Of a stretch of DNA of 64,000 bases, positions 53,301 through 63,415 are shown one piece after another. The stretch's first letter is position 1; every line of letters begins with the position of its first letter. Location: contig DFUR01000106.1 of NCBI GenBank assembly GCA_002380425.1, forward strand, positions 28,517 to 92,516, read 5' to 3'. This DNA comes from Bacteroidales bacterium UBA4181 (GTDB taxonomy: Bacteria; Bacteroidota; Bacteroidia; Bacteroidales; UBA4181). The notes beneath the pieces are model-generated. The model had not been told where the DNA came from. It ran no database searches and was given only the letters and a program-made list of their open reading frames with translations. The position numbers and the translations under genes were made by a program.

Positions 53301-53413
53301 ACATCGGGCATCAGGGTGACAGGAAGCAGCCGGTAACTCACCAACCCCAGCACCAACAACGCCAGGAACAATGTCATCACCGCTATGGGACGATGAACCA
53401 GAAAACGCACCAT
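50306..53413 (-). CDS. RND efflux permease (AcrB/AcrD/AcrF family), first of a pair
   Basis: VHRPIAV, LMPDVDIP, SINIISLSGL, AAQFESL.QP and RLRSIVMTS motifs; ATGA-coupled to the next RND. Confidence 0.92.
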   Translation of the reverse strand: MVRFLVHRPIAVMTLFLALLVLGLVSYRLLPVTLMPDVDIPVITVQVSDPKSTARELEGAVVSRMRSDLMQVSHLRDILTETTDGAATLRLLFEYGTSIDYAFIEVNEKIDLGMASYPQGLSRPRVIKASAQDLPVFYLNVTLRDDSVPSNADGPGRDDTRFVQLSNFCDQVLRRRLEQLPEVAMVDMSGLASPEILIRPKKDKMESLGLRDDIFSSALTSRGAGVGSMSVRDGYFQYSVRFATSIISQEDIADIHLQYNGKMYQLQDLAEVVLRPAEPRGMFLDGPSRGVTMAVIQQSEAKMADLKEALNNQIQRFEKDYPQMQFSVSQDQSILLDYTIGNLIQNLVTGCILAFLVLLFFLNDFRAPLLIGITVPIAMVLSFIFFHLMHLSINIISLSGLALGIGMIVDCSIIVLDNIIRYKGMGHTLREACVRGTNEVMVPMLSSTFTTSSVFLPLIFMSGMAGALFFDEAVSVSLGNFASFIVAVTLLPVMVAILYSIRNKKASSTEPARDSLMQRLGQKLCISERFEQGYEHGLEWVFRHKTVTTLIVALLLVSVVFLFRVIEVRSLPEMDQTEMRVQISWNQNIHVEENRRRTIEMLSMLDSFLLSSNSYIGEQTFVLNQQKNLDYYQTELYLKVQRSGQLPLVEEQLRALFDRQYPLATLTILPPVNLFEQIFETRKAPLEAQVGVPTNPRMPVDSIVAFVAEADRRMGAYAPNVLPFKEYLSIGLIQERLLLYGVSQNAVMSALRSAFGEEQVMVLRSSQRDLPIVLGTEPMRVQETLSTLKVANAQGDQIPVSFFISVFRDRDLKFITGGEQGEYLPLSYHIRPRDMDSAKSVLRTLVREWDMPQVQFGGSIVENRSMIGELSLILMVSVLLLYCILAAQFESLLQPLIVLLELPVDIAGALFLLWVCGDSLNLMSGIGLVVMCGVIINDSILKVDTINRFRKDGMPLMEAIQTGGRVRLRSIVMTSLTTICGILPFLWSQDMGSELQRPLSLALIGGMTLGTLVSLYFIPLAYWFVYRRSENVRGA

Positions 53414-53416
53414 AAC

Positions 53417-54547
53417 CTAGGGAATGCTAAGTTCCACTTCCGTATCGTGCCCCAGATTGAGGTTTCCGGAAACGATCACAGTATCACCGGGCTGAAGTCC
53501 CTCCAGTACCGAATATTGTGAACGGTTCTCCTCGCCCACCCGGACATCCTTCCACTGGGCACGGCCCTTTTCGAGGGTAAACACCACCGTCCGGGTCCCT
53601 CTGAGCACCATGGCCTCCTTAGGTATAATCAACTGATTGGGCACAGGATAACGGATGGCCACCCGTACATTCATGCCTTCAAAGAGCAATCCGTTCCTAT
53701 TGGGTACCCGGGCCAGCACTTTCACAAGGCCATTCTCCCCAACCACCGGATTGATGGCACTGATAGTCCCTGAAAAAGACTCAGAGCCCTGTGCAAAGGG
53801 GGTGATCTGAACCGGCTGGCTCATTCTCAGTGCCGCCAATTCGGATTCCAGCACAGAAAACTCTGCTTCAAAGACTGAATCATCAATCAGGGTACAGAAA
53901 GCCCCGGATGGAGTATTGTGGTCTTTAACATTCACATCGGCGATCACCCCCGGGAACGGTGCCCGAAGCTCCGTGGACTCATAGTCATGCTGGGCCAGCA
54001 GGAGGGAATGCCGGGCATCCCTGAGACCGCTGCGTACCAGCCCTACCTGCCAGGCCTGAGACGGGACCTGAGCACTGTCCTTGCCGGCATATCCCTGAGA
54101 CAAAAGAAAGTCCTTCATTTCCAACTCCATCCTCATCACCTGATACCGGGCCTGTTCCAACCGTTTCTGGTAAGTAAACCGATCCGTCTCTGCCAGCAAG
54201 GCGCCTTTGGCCACCCGGTCGCCATTGCGTACATACACACGTTCCACCAACTCGCTGATGCGAAATCTCAATTCAGCTTTTTTCAGTGCCCGCAACTTAC
54301 CGTTGCCCAACACCTCTTTGTAGAACGTTCCCTGCTCCAAAAGCGCAATGCCCACCACAGGCTTCTCCACCGGAACCACAGCAACCTCGGGAATATCCTT
54401 ATCATCAGGCTCCTGGGCTTCCTTGTTTTTACAACTCCACACCATCAAGACACAGGCCAAAACACAGGGCAATAAAAACATCCTGCGGGCACGCAGCCTT
54501 CTCCGGAAAATGGCACCAGGGCCAAAGGATCTAAAAAAATAAAACAT
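53417..54547 (-). CDS. RND periplasmic adaptor (membrane fusion protein), lipoprotein-like
   Basis: V.NGD.V.KG, LRAPFPGVI, INPVV, EGMNV and GL.PGD.VIVSGN motifs; lipobox-like WSC; true start may be 54481. Confidence 0.9.
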   Translation of the reverse strand: MFYFFRSFGPGAIFRRRLRARRMFLLPCVLACVLMVWSCKNKEAQEPDDKDIPEVAVVPVEKPVVGIALLEQGTFYKEVLGNGKLRALKKAELRFRISELVERVYVRNGDRVAKGALLAETDRFTYQKRLEQARYQVMRMELEMKDFLLSQGYAGKDSAQVPSQAWQVGLVRSGLRDARHSLLLAQHDYESTELRAPFPGVIADVNVKDHNTPSGAFCTLIDDSVFEAEFSVLESELAALRMSQPVQITPFAQGSESFSGTISAINPVVGENGLVKVLARVPNRNGLLFEGMNVRVAIRYPVPNQLIIPKEAMVLRGTRTVVFTLEKGRAQWKDVRVGEENRSQYSVLEGLQPGDTVIVSGNLNLGHDTEVELSIP

Positions 54548-54700
54548 GGTAGTATCTATTAGGTTTATCTAGCTTAAAGCATCATTCGAAACTCAACAGG
54601 GAATACAATGTGTTATGGTAATAGTAATATGCAAGTATATGTTTTTTTTTAACAGGGTGTTTCTCCGAGTATCAAAAAACACAAATAATCTTCCATTCGT

Positions 54701-56689
54701 TCACCAGAATACCTGTTTGCCATCTTCCAGCGTGAAGATTCTTTCCTCAGAACCTCTGGTATGATTATGCAAGAGGTAGAGCGCACCAGAGGGCACCGAG
54801 TCATATTCCAGATAGGCATCTGCGGCCACTTTGTGACCCAGGGACACCCATCCGTCCCGCTCCCAGTAGCACAATTCGTATTCCTCCCCCGGGATGATGA
54901 AATTGGTGTCGCTGCGGGGGCAGAATACAATCTTTACAATCTGTTCCGGCCTTCCGAAGTCCATCCCGCCCCATGAACCCACAACTCTGGGGGCCACAAA
55001 ATGTGTCGCCGGGTCCCCGTCGAACATCGCTGTATAGGGGGTGTGAATCCGGGAATCCTGCTCCGGGCTGCCAATAACCCTTCCCTCCAGCCTCACGGTA
55101 TCCAACTTTCCGGGTACCACAGAGCCGGGCTTCAACCCGTAAAATGAAACCTCGGCCATGTGCGCCCCGTAGAACCGGGCATAACGGAACCTCCTGGTCT
55201 CCTGAAGGCGGACAGAAGTGATATGCATAGGGGTATTGAGAATGGTGAACAGGCGTACGGAATCAGAAAAATCCGGGCGGTTGGCCCCATGAAATGGATG
55301 CCCCACAACAAAACCCATCAAACCCTTCATAAACCGGGTCAGCGGATATTTGCGATCCATCCGTACAGGCCCTCGTTCCGGAGACGGAGTCAGTTGACGT
55401 ACGACACCCAGGGAATCCAGAATAAAAGGATCTGAAAGCCCCTGCATCTTTCCTTCCCTGAGGGCCATCACCCGGTAAGCGGCTCCGCACCCCATGTTGC
55501 GGAATACTGCCCGGCCATTACAAATCAGCCCCCAGTACTGTGGCACCCATTCCCGGTTGTTGAATGTACATAACAGGGCATAATATCCTCCTGTATTCTT
55601 TCCAACCGGGATTTTCACATCTGCCGTGCGCACATACTCATGCGTCACATCGCGGACATGCGGGTTGAAAAACTCCGCAGGGATTTCCAGGTGCGGGTCC
55701 CGTCCCAAAAGACGTTCCCACCAGGATACACGTGGAATATGCGCTTCCACGGATGAGAAGGAGAGCCGGAACACCTTGGCAATTTTCCGGTCTGCCAGAG
55801 GCATCTCAAAATTTTGGGCCACCGCATCAAAAGGATGAAAGGAGCCATCCTCACACAGCAGCACATTCCATTCATGTCCGTTCCGGGCGCCGGCCCACAC
55901 CCGCACATAGTCTATCCCGACGGGGATTCCGTGTGCCCGCAGCATCATGGCGATATAAAACACAGTATGCCTGCAACTGCCCAAACGGCTCTTCTCCAGT
56001 TTGGATGGAGGGAGGTCAATGGTATAGCTCCAAAAGGTTCCGTTGTGCCCCATATAGCGCCTGACCCACCGGTTGAGCTGGTCAGCCAGGGTACGCCGGT
56101 CCTGTGCCCGGGTAGTGTCCCTCAGAGGGAAGGTCTTGTGGTACAAGTGGGTACGCCAATCCTCAGGAAGCTCATTCCCTACCCGATGCGGCAACACATA
56201 CGCACAGAAATCCTCAAAGGAGACATCGTGTCCCCAGGGAACCGAATCGCGCATAAAAAAGGCCTGATCAATATGTCCGATGAGGCTGCTGCCCCTGATG
56301 ACGGACAATTCCGGACACCGCTTCGCCCTGGAAGGGGAAGGCTTCCCGTGTATCCGGGCAATGGAATCCCACTGTTGCTGAATAAAATCCTTCATGTAGC
56401 TCACTGGCAACTTTTGGTCATACAGAGACGCCAACAGGGAGAACAGTGTGTCATAAGCAGTAATTACCGACCCTTCCGACCAATAGGTATCCCGCATATT
56501 TTCAATCAGGAAGCAGGCTGCCCGATATTTCTCCGGATGATCCCGGTAGTGTTCCAGCACCTGCTCCAATTCATGACGGTTCTCTCCGGCCATTCGCAGG
56601 GAACGTTCCACCTCACGCGGGTACCGGGAACAGGAACTCCATACGAGCAATAGGGGGAGAATGAGTGTGAACAAAGCTTTCATAGGCAT
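54701..56689 (-). CDS. Lipoprotein with transglutaminase-like (Cys-His) domain and C-terminal discoidin/F5-8-like domains
   Basis: Lipobox SSC; AGENR.ELE.VL.HY, AACFLIENM, F..YVLP.R, GSC...LRAHGIP..ID...W....GHEWN, FDGDP.T and EERIFT motifs; TAATG overlap with the signal peptidase stop. Confidence 0.8.
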   Translation of the reverse strand: MPMKALFTLILPLLLVWSSCSRYPREVERSLRMAGENRHELEQVLEHYRDHPEKYRAACFLIENMRDTYWSEGSVITAYDTLFSLLASLYDQKLPVSYMKDFIQQQWDSIARIHGKPSPSRAKRCPELSVIRGSSLIGHIDQAFFMRDSVPWGHDVSFEDFCAYVLPHRVGNELPEDWRTHLYHKTFPLRDTTRAQDRRTLADQLNRWVRRYMGHNGTFWSYTIDLPPSKLEKSRLGSCRHTVFYIAMMLRAHGIPVGIDYVRVWAGARNGHEWNVLLCEDGSFHPFDAVAQNFEMPLADRKIAKVFRLSFSSVEAHIPRVSWWERLLGRDPHLEIPAEFFNPHVRDVTHEYVRTADVKIPVGKNTGGYYALLCTFNNREWVPQYWGLICNGRAVFRNMGCGAAYRVMALREGKMQGLSDPFILDSLGVVRQLTPSPERGPVRMDRKYPLTRFMKGLMGFVVGHPFHGANRPDFSDSVRLFTILNTPMHITSVRLQETRRFRYARFYGAHMAEVSFYGLKPGSVVPGKLDTVRLEGRVIGSPEQDSRIHTPYTAMFDGDPATHFVAPRVVGSWGGMDFGRPEQIVKIVFCPRSDTNFIIPGEEYELCYWERDGWVSLGHKVAADAYLEYDSVPSGALYLLHNHTRGSEERIFTLEDGKQVFW

Positions 56690-57717
56690 TAGGGAATGGT
56701 TTTCATAAAACGGTCCGGACGGGACTCCGACCAGACGATGCGTAAGGCCTTGCCCAGTATTCTGTCTCCGGGGAGCGGGCCCTGCATTCGTGAATCCAGG
56801 GATTCCATACGGTGGTCTCCCAGGACAAAGAAATAATCCTTCGCAAAAACATACCACCCGCAGGGTTGGCCATCCACGAGGGCAACGCCGTTCTGCCATC
56901 TAAAGACCCTTCCTTCGCTGTGTTTTATCATGGGCGCGTACAGAGCAACTGCTCCGGGAGTAAGCTGAATGCTGTCCCCCATGGCCGGGAGCCTCATGGG
57001 CCCCCACCGGTTGAGATTCCAGAGCAGGGTGTCCGAATAAGGGTACACCCGCACATTTGGTTTTCGGGAATAGGAACGGGACACATCGGCCACTCCGGGA
57101 AGAGCTCTCAGGAGGGAAGCCTGCAACGCCGTCAGATATACGATGCCTGGAGCACCAGTAGCGCCTCCCAGCCGGGCCGAAAGCACCTGGCAAACGCGCG
57201 CATCACAACAGGTCAACCGATAACGTTCTATCGCAGCCGGAGGCAACGCAACAAACTGACCATTAACCATAAGCCGGGACTGTCGCAACTCCACAACATC
57301 ACCAGGCAGTGCTACACAACGTTTGACACACACCACATCTTCCGTACCGGGCGCGGTATACACCAACACATCGCCCCTGCTTACTCTTAGTGAAGTTCTA
57401 CGGTACCCTTTGCGGGGTGGTTCCTGTGCGAATGGCCACAGGAACGCCCCTATCCTGTCTCCGGGCAACAAGGTTTGGGACATGGAATCGGATGGCACGT
57501 GAAAGATCTGAAAGCAATGCTTCCGGACCCATCTACCTCCTGCCAAAGAGGCCACCATCAATAACAGCACTCCCGGAACCATTAGGAAACGCCCGGACCA
57601 GAATGACTTCCTCCGGGAGATAAACACAAGGCCCAAACCAGACAGGAACAACACCGGGAGCATCCAATCCCAATCGAAGATACTCCCGGTGGCATGAATC
57701 ACTAACACAATAAACAA
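56689..57717 (-). CDS. Signal peptidase I (accessory copy)
   Basis: VPSDSM..TL.PGD (Ser), VKRCVALPGD (Lys) and YFFVLGDHR.ES.DSR motifs; start uncertain (TTG 57717 or ATG 57663). Confidence 0.88.
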   Translation of the reverse strand: MFIVLVIHATGSIFDWDWMLPVLFLSGLGLVFISRRKSFWSGRFLMVPGVLLLMVASLAGGRWVRKHCFQIFHVPSDSMSQTLLPGDRIGAFLWPFAQEPPRKGYRRTSLRVSRGDVLVYTAPGTEDVVCVKRCVALPGDVVELRQSRLMVNGQFVALPPAAIERYRLTCCDARVCQVLSARLGGATGAPGIVYLTALQASLLRALPGVADVSRSYSRKPNVRVYPYSDTLLWNLNRWGPMRLPAMGDSIQLTPGAVALYAPMIKHSEGRVFRWQNGVALVDGQPCGWYVFAKDYFFVLGDHRMESLDSRMQGPLPGDRILGKALRIVWSESRPDRFMKTIP

Positions 57718-57730
57718 TAAGATTAGAATG

Positions 57731-57738
57731 CAAATATA
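57731..57738 (-). promoter_or_regulatory. -7 box TATATTTG upstream of the signal peptidase/RND locus
   Basis: CAAATATA on + strand in an AT-rich intergenic region. Confidence 0.55.
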
Positions 57739-57955
57739 TAATATTATTTTTTAGCACAACCATTTGACAAGGAAAACTTCATGATCACAAGAAAAATCGT
57801 TTTGAAGACGCGATGGCACTTCATTCTGACAAACACAGCAAAAAATACTTCGCCCCATTGCAGAGTTCGCATCACAATGGTACCTTCGCTGATACGTATC
57901 AGAATACCATATTGAAATGGCCAATAATTGAAGACCGCACTTTAACTGAATATTG

Positions 57956-58966
57956 ATGACAACAAAAACCAGCATCATTCTTTCACTTTGCTGCTTGTGC
58001 CTTGGGTTCGGATGCCGCTCAGTGTCCCGTTATGCCGCCACACCTTCCGGCGAGGAATATGTGGGCTATCTGTTTGCCTATTTTACCGGAAACCGCGTTG
58101 ACGAGGAGTCCATACACTTTGCTATAAGCACCGATGGATATCGCTACACCGCTCTCAACGGAAACCAGCCGGTACTCGACTCAAAAGCCATCAGTTCAAC
58201 CGGAGGGGTACGTGACCCCCACATTCTGCGCGGGAAAGACGGCAGGCAATACTTCATGGTGGCTACAGACATGACGTCATCAAAGGGCTGGGATTCCAAC
58301 CGAGCCATGGTGCTGTTAAAATCTGATGACCTGATTCACTGGACCTCGTCAGTAGTCAATATTCAGAATAAATATTCCGGACAAGAAAACCTGAAGCGCG
58401 TGTGGGCTCCGCAAACAGTGTTTGATGCTGAGGTTGGCAAGTATATGGTTTATTGGTCCATGAAGCATGGCAATGCCAACGACATCATTTTCTACGCTTA
58501 TGCCAACGACGATTTCACCGATCTGGAAGGGGAACCGAAGCCCCTCTTCATTCCCCGTTCAGGCGATTTAAACATTGACGGGGACATCATCGTGAAGGAT
58601 GGCCTGTACTATCTGTTCCGCAAAACCAACAGCGCACAGGGATCGGGCATCAAGGTGGCCACAACCCGGTCGCTGACCTCCGGACAGTGGGAAGAAGACG
58701 AACGCTTTGTGCAGCCTACCCGCCTCGATGTGGAAGGGTCGTCGGTGTTCCGGCTCATCAACTCCGACACGTACATCCTGATGTACGACCTATACCGGGA
58801 CGGGGGGTTTCAGTTCACCAAAAGCACGGACCTGAAAAACTTCACCATCATCGACCAGGAAGTGCAAATGGATTTTAAGCCTCGGCACGGGAGCATCATT
58901 CCCATCACCCAGGCCGAACTCGACCGTCTGAACGCAATGTGGGGCAACAGGGTTCCTGCCCTGTGA
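57956..58966 (+). CDS. Glycoside hydrolase family 43 (five-bladed propeller) lipoprotein
   Basis: YLFAYF, GGVRDPHI, SDDLIHW, WAPQ, IDGDI, VEG and PRHGS motifs. Confidence 0.88.
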   Translation: MTTKTSIILSLCCLCLGFGCRSVSRYAATPSGEEYVGYLFAYFTGNRVDEESIHFAISTDGYRYTALNGNQPVLDSKAISSTGGVRDPHILRGKDGRQYFMVATDMTSSKGWDSNRAMVLLKSDDLIHWTSSVVNIQNKYSGQENLKRVWAPQTVFDAEVGKYMVYWSMKHGNANDIIFYAYANDDFTDLEGEPKPLFIPRSGDLNIDGDIIVKDGLYYLFRKTNSAQGSGIKVATTRSLTSGQWEEDERFVQPTRLDVEGSSVFRLINSDTYILMYDLYRDGGFQFTKSTDLKNFTIIDQEVQMDFKPRHGSIIPITQAELDRLNAMWGNRVPAL

Positions 58967-58989
58967 TGAGAATTGATTATCTTCGCTGT

Positions 58990-59292
58990 ATGAAGGCAAA
59001 GCAGAAACCCGTTTTCGCAAAACGCATTTTTTGGGATGTTAACTTTGAGCAGATTGACTATGACGCCAAAGCCAGTTTTGTTATTGAGCGGGTTTTCGAG
59101 CGAGGCGATGTGGAGGACATTCGCCAGTGCCGGAGGTACTACGGCGATGAAAAGGTCACGGAATGTTTGTTGAAAGCAAAGTATCTGCCTTTGCACACCA
59201 TCCATTTTGCCAGTGCAGTCATAGATAAACCACTCACTGAATTCAGATGTTACACACTGAGACTGTCGAACCCAGAACTCTATCCTTACTGA
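58990..59292 (+). CDS. DUF6922-like antitoxin
   Basis: FWDV....ID.D....FVIERVFERG......YG motif; directly upstream of and overlapping an AbiEii toxin. Confidence 0.75.
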   Translation: MKAKQKPVFAKRIFWDVNFEQIDYDAKASFVIERVFERGDVEDIRQCRRYYGDEKVTECLLKAKYLPLHTIHFASAVIDKPLTEFRCYTLRLSNPELYPY

Positions 59293-59873
59293 GAGAACTG
59301 ATGGTTCTTCCATCCCTTCAGCCATTCTCTCTGGTTGGGGGGACGGCCTTATCCCTTCGTTACGGACACCGTTGTTCCGTAGATTTGGATTTGTTCCATC
59401 ACGAAGCATTCAATGCACCACACATTATTGAATCGCTGGAAACTACATTTCAGAATCGACTTGTGTACAAGTCCCCACATTCCCGAGTAGGAATCTTTTG
59501 TTTTATTGATGGCATCAAAGTGGACATCGTTCACTTTCCACATATCCCTATTGAGGAAGTTGAAACCAAGGATGAAATCAGGATGTACAGCAATGCCGAT
59601 ATTGCTGCCATGAAAATTCAGGCCATCCTGGGAAGAGCTCAAAAAAAGGACTTCTGGGATTTGTACGAACTATTGCAACAGTTCTCCTTACAACAACTGA
59701 TTGACTGGCACAAAAGAAAGTTTCCCAACCAGATGCTTGCCATCGGCATTCCTCAAGCCATCACTTACTTCGCCGAAGCCGACGAAAGCGAACCTCCTGT
59801 GAGCTTTAAAGGGCAAACCTGGGACAGTGTAAAAAAAGGCATCAGTCGCGCAGTGAGTGATTATCTGCGCTAG
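59247..59873 (+). CDS. Nucleotidyl transferase AbiEii/AbiGii-family toxin
   Basis: LVGGTALSL.YGHR.SVDLDLF, IKVD and IAAMK..AI.GR..KKDFWDLY motifs. Confidence 0.88.
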   Translation: MLHTETVEPRTLSLLRELMVLPSLQPFSLVGGTALSLRYGHRCSVDLDLFHHEAFNAPHIIESLETTFQNRLVYKSPHSRVGIFCFIDGIKVDIVHFPHIPIEEVETKDEIRMYSNADIAAMKIQAILGRAQKKDFWDLYELLQQFSLQQLIDWHKRKFPNQMLAIGIPQAITYFAEADESEPPVSFKGQTWDSVKKGISRAVSDYLR

Positions 59874-59896
59874 TCACGCGGATGAACGTCCAAACC

Positions 59897-61789
59897 CTAC
59901 CGGGACGGTTTGTATCCTTTCTTTTTAGCCATCTCTTCGAGTTTCTTCTGAAAGGCCGATTTCTTCACCGGTTCCTTGGCGCCTTTACCGGAGGTAGCCA
60001 ACTGAATCTTCCGGATAATCTCCTGTTCATTAACAAAGAACTTTTTGAAAGTATAGTTCTGGGCAATGGTGATCACATTAGCCAGGAAATAGTAATAGGT
60101 CAGCCCGGAGGAAAAGTTATTCAGGAACACCATAAACATCACCGGCATCATGTACATCATGGTTTTCATCCCGGGCATGGCAGTATTCTCCTGACCGCTG
60201 GTCATTTTCATGCTGATGTAGGTGACTGCTGTCATCAGGATGGTAAACAAACTCACATGATCCCCGTAGAAAGGGATTTCGAAGGGCAGGGTAAGAATGG
60301 AATCATATGTGGAAAGGTCCGTAGCCCAGAGAAATCCTTCCTGCCGCAACTCGATGGACGAAGGGAAAAACCTGAACAGGGCAAACAACACAGGCATCTG
60401 TACCAGCAAGGGGAGGCAGCCACCCATGGGGTTAATTCCGGCCTTTTTGTACAGGTTCATGGTAGCCTGTTGTTTCTCCATCGCCTTATCCGCAGGAATC
60501 TTCTTGGTGACTTCATCCACAAAGGGCTTCACCACCTTCATCTTAGCCATCGAAAGATAGGACTTGTAGGTGAGCGGCAGCAAGATAATCTTGACGATAA
60601 TGGTCAGGATCAGAATGATGATTCCGTAACTACTGATAAAGGTATTGAGCCAGTTGAACACAGGAATCACCAGATAGCGGTTGAACCAACGAATCATGGA
60701 CCCACCGAGCGGTACCAGTTTCTCCAGATCCTGGCCGTGTTTGCGCAGGGTTTGGAAGTGATTGGGACCGAAGTACAGAGAAAAAGGCAGCACCTGTTCC
60801 CGGACACGGGCGTCATATGCCAGAGTCAGCCCTGCTGAGTAGAATTTGATATGGCTGGACTGGTCGGGCAGTTTCTCCTGACGCAGTTGGGAGGATTCAA
60901 AACCCTTACCGGAAATTAGTACCGAAGAGAAAAACTGCTGTTTGAAAGCCACCCAGGAAGTTTTGTTGATAATATGTTCCTCAACCAGATCCTTGGCAGC
61001 ACTGAAGTCCTCCACATCATCGTTGAGAAACTTATAATAAATGGCTGTGTAATTATTCTCGTTCTCCGCGCCTTTTTCCTGCCGGGGCGAGAATTGCTGC
61101 CATTGAAAATCCAGAGAGTTGATATTGCGGGCAATCACCTGGTCCATGCCCGACATGCGGACATCAAAGCCCAGCATATACTCCCCTGGGTACATAGTGT
61201 AAACGTACTCGATGTACGCATCCTCCGACGCATACACCCTCATCACCAATGATGAAGAATCACGCTCCACCGTAATATGGCGCTGATTCCCAACAGGAGT
61301 AAAGAATAGCTCATTAGTGGAAACCTGACGGTTCTGAGCAAAAAAATTCAAACCAAATACCGTAGAATCGCCCGAGAAGAGAATTAGCGGTGATCCATCA
61401 TATCTTTTGTAGTCCTTAAGTTCCACACTCCAGGGACGTCCACCCCGGGTAGAGAAGATCACCTTCATCACACTGTTCTCGAGGGTAATCCATTCATTGG
61501 CTCCGATGGTGGCCGGAGCAAAAGCCCCTGAGGCACGTACCATTGCGGTATCTTCCAGACTTAGGGAATCTCCCGTCTGTGTCAGGGAATCAGCAGCGGA
61601 GACCACATCGGAGGCAGAGGCTGCGCCCAACGTTGCCTGTCCGGCAACCACTTCAGTCCGCACCCGATCCAGCGAATCCTGCTGACGCTTCATCTCACGG
61701 ATCTGCGCCTCGGATGGCTTCATCAGCACACTATAACCGATCAACAAACCCGTGATCAGGAGAATTCCGATAATTGTGTTTCTATCCAT
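59897..61789 (-). CDS. yidC: Membrane protein insertase YidC
   Basis: MDRNTIIG TM, W.AFKQQFFS, YFGPN, NPMGGCLP.L.Q.P, FLWA.DLS.YD and SGLTYYY motifs. Confidence 0.97.
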   Translation of the reverse strand: MDRNTIIGILLITGLLIGYSVLMKPSEAQIREMKRQQDSLDRVRTEVVAGQATLGAASASDVVSAADSLTQTGDSLSLEDTAMVRASGAFAPATIGANEWITLENSVMKVIFSTRGGRPWSVELKDYKRYDGSPLILFSGDSTVFGLNFFAQNRQVSTNELFFTPVGNQRHITVERDSSSLVMRVYASEDAYIEYVYTMYPGEYMLGFDVRMSGMDQVIARNINSLDFQWQQFSPRQEKGAENENNYTAIYYKFLNDDVEDFSAAKDLVEEHIINKTSWVAFKQQFFSSVLISGKGFESSQLRQEKLPDQSSHIKFYSAGLTLAYDARVREQVLPFSLYFGPNHFQTLRKHGQDLEKLVPLGGSMIRWFNRYLVIPVFNWLNTFISSYGIIILILTIIVKIILLPLTYKSYLSMAKMKVVKPFVDEVTKKIPADKAMEKQQATMNLYKKAGINPMGGCLPLLVQMPVLFALFRFFPSSIELRQEGFLWATDLSTYDSILTLPFEIPFYGDHVSLFTILMTAVTYISMKMTSGQENTAMPGMKTMMYMMPVMFMVFLNNFSSGLTYYYFLANVITIAQNYTFKKFFVNEQEIIRKIQLATSGKGAKEPVKKSAFQKKLEEMAKKKGYKPSR

Positions 61790-61813
61790 TGTACAGAGTT
61801 TCGGCACCGGGAA

Positions 61814-63415
<1,602 letters not shown>

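Noticed and set aside
54649-54696. 15-codon ORF (MEDYLCFLILGETPC) in the AT-rich gap before the adaptor gene
   Set aside because: Too short, with no supporting motif; the gap looks like promoter DNA
57751-57978. 75-aa Cys-rich minus-strand ORF upstream of the signal peptidase as a possible precursor peptide
   Set aside because: Overlaps the GH43 start and divergent promoter region, has no recognisable leader motif, and lies upstream of the locus promoter box
47127-59873. Integrative element or genomic island spanning the RND locus, GH43 and TA module
   Set aside because: No integrase, transposase, tRNA or flanking direct repeats seen
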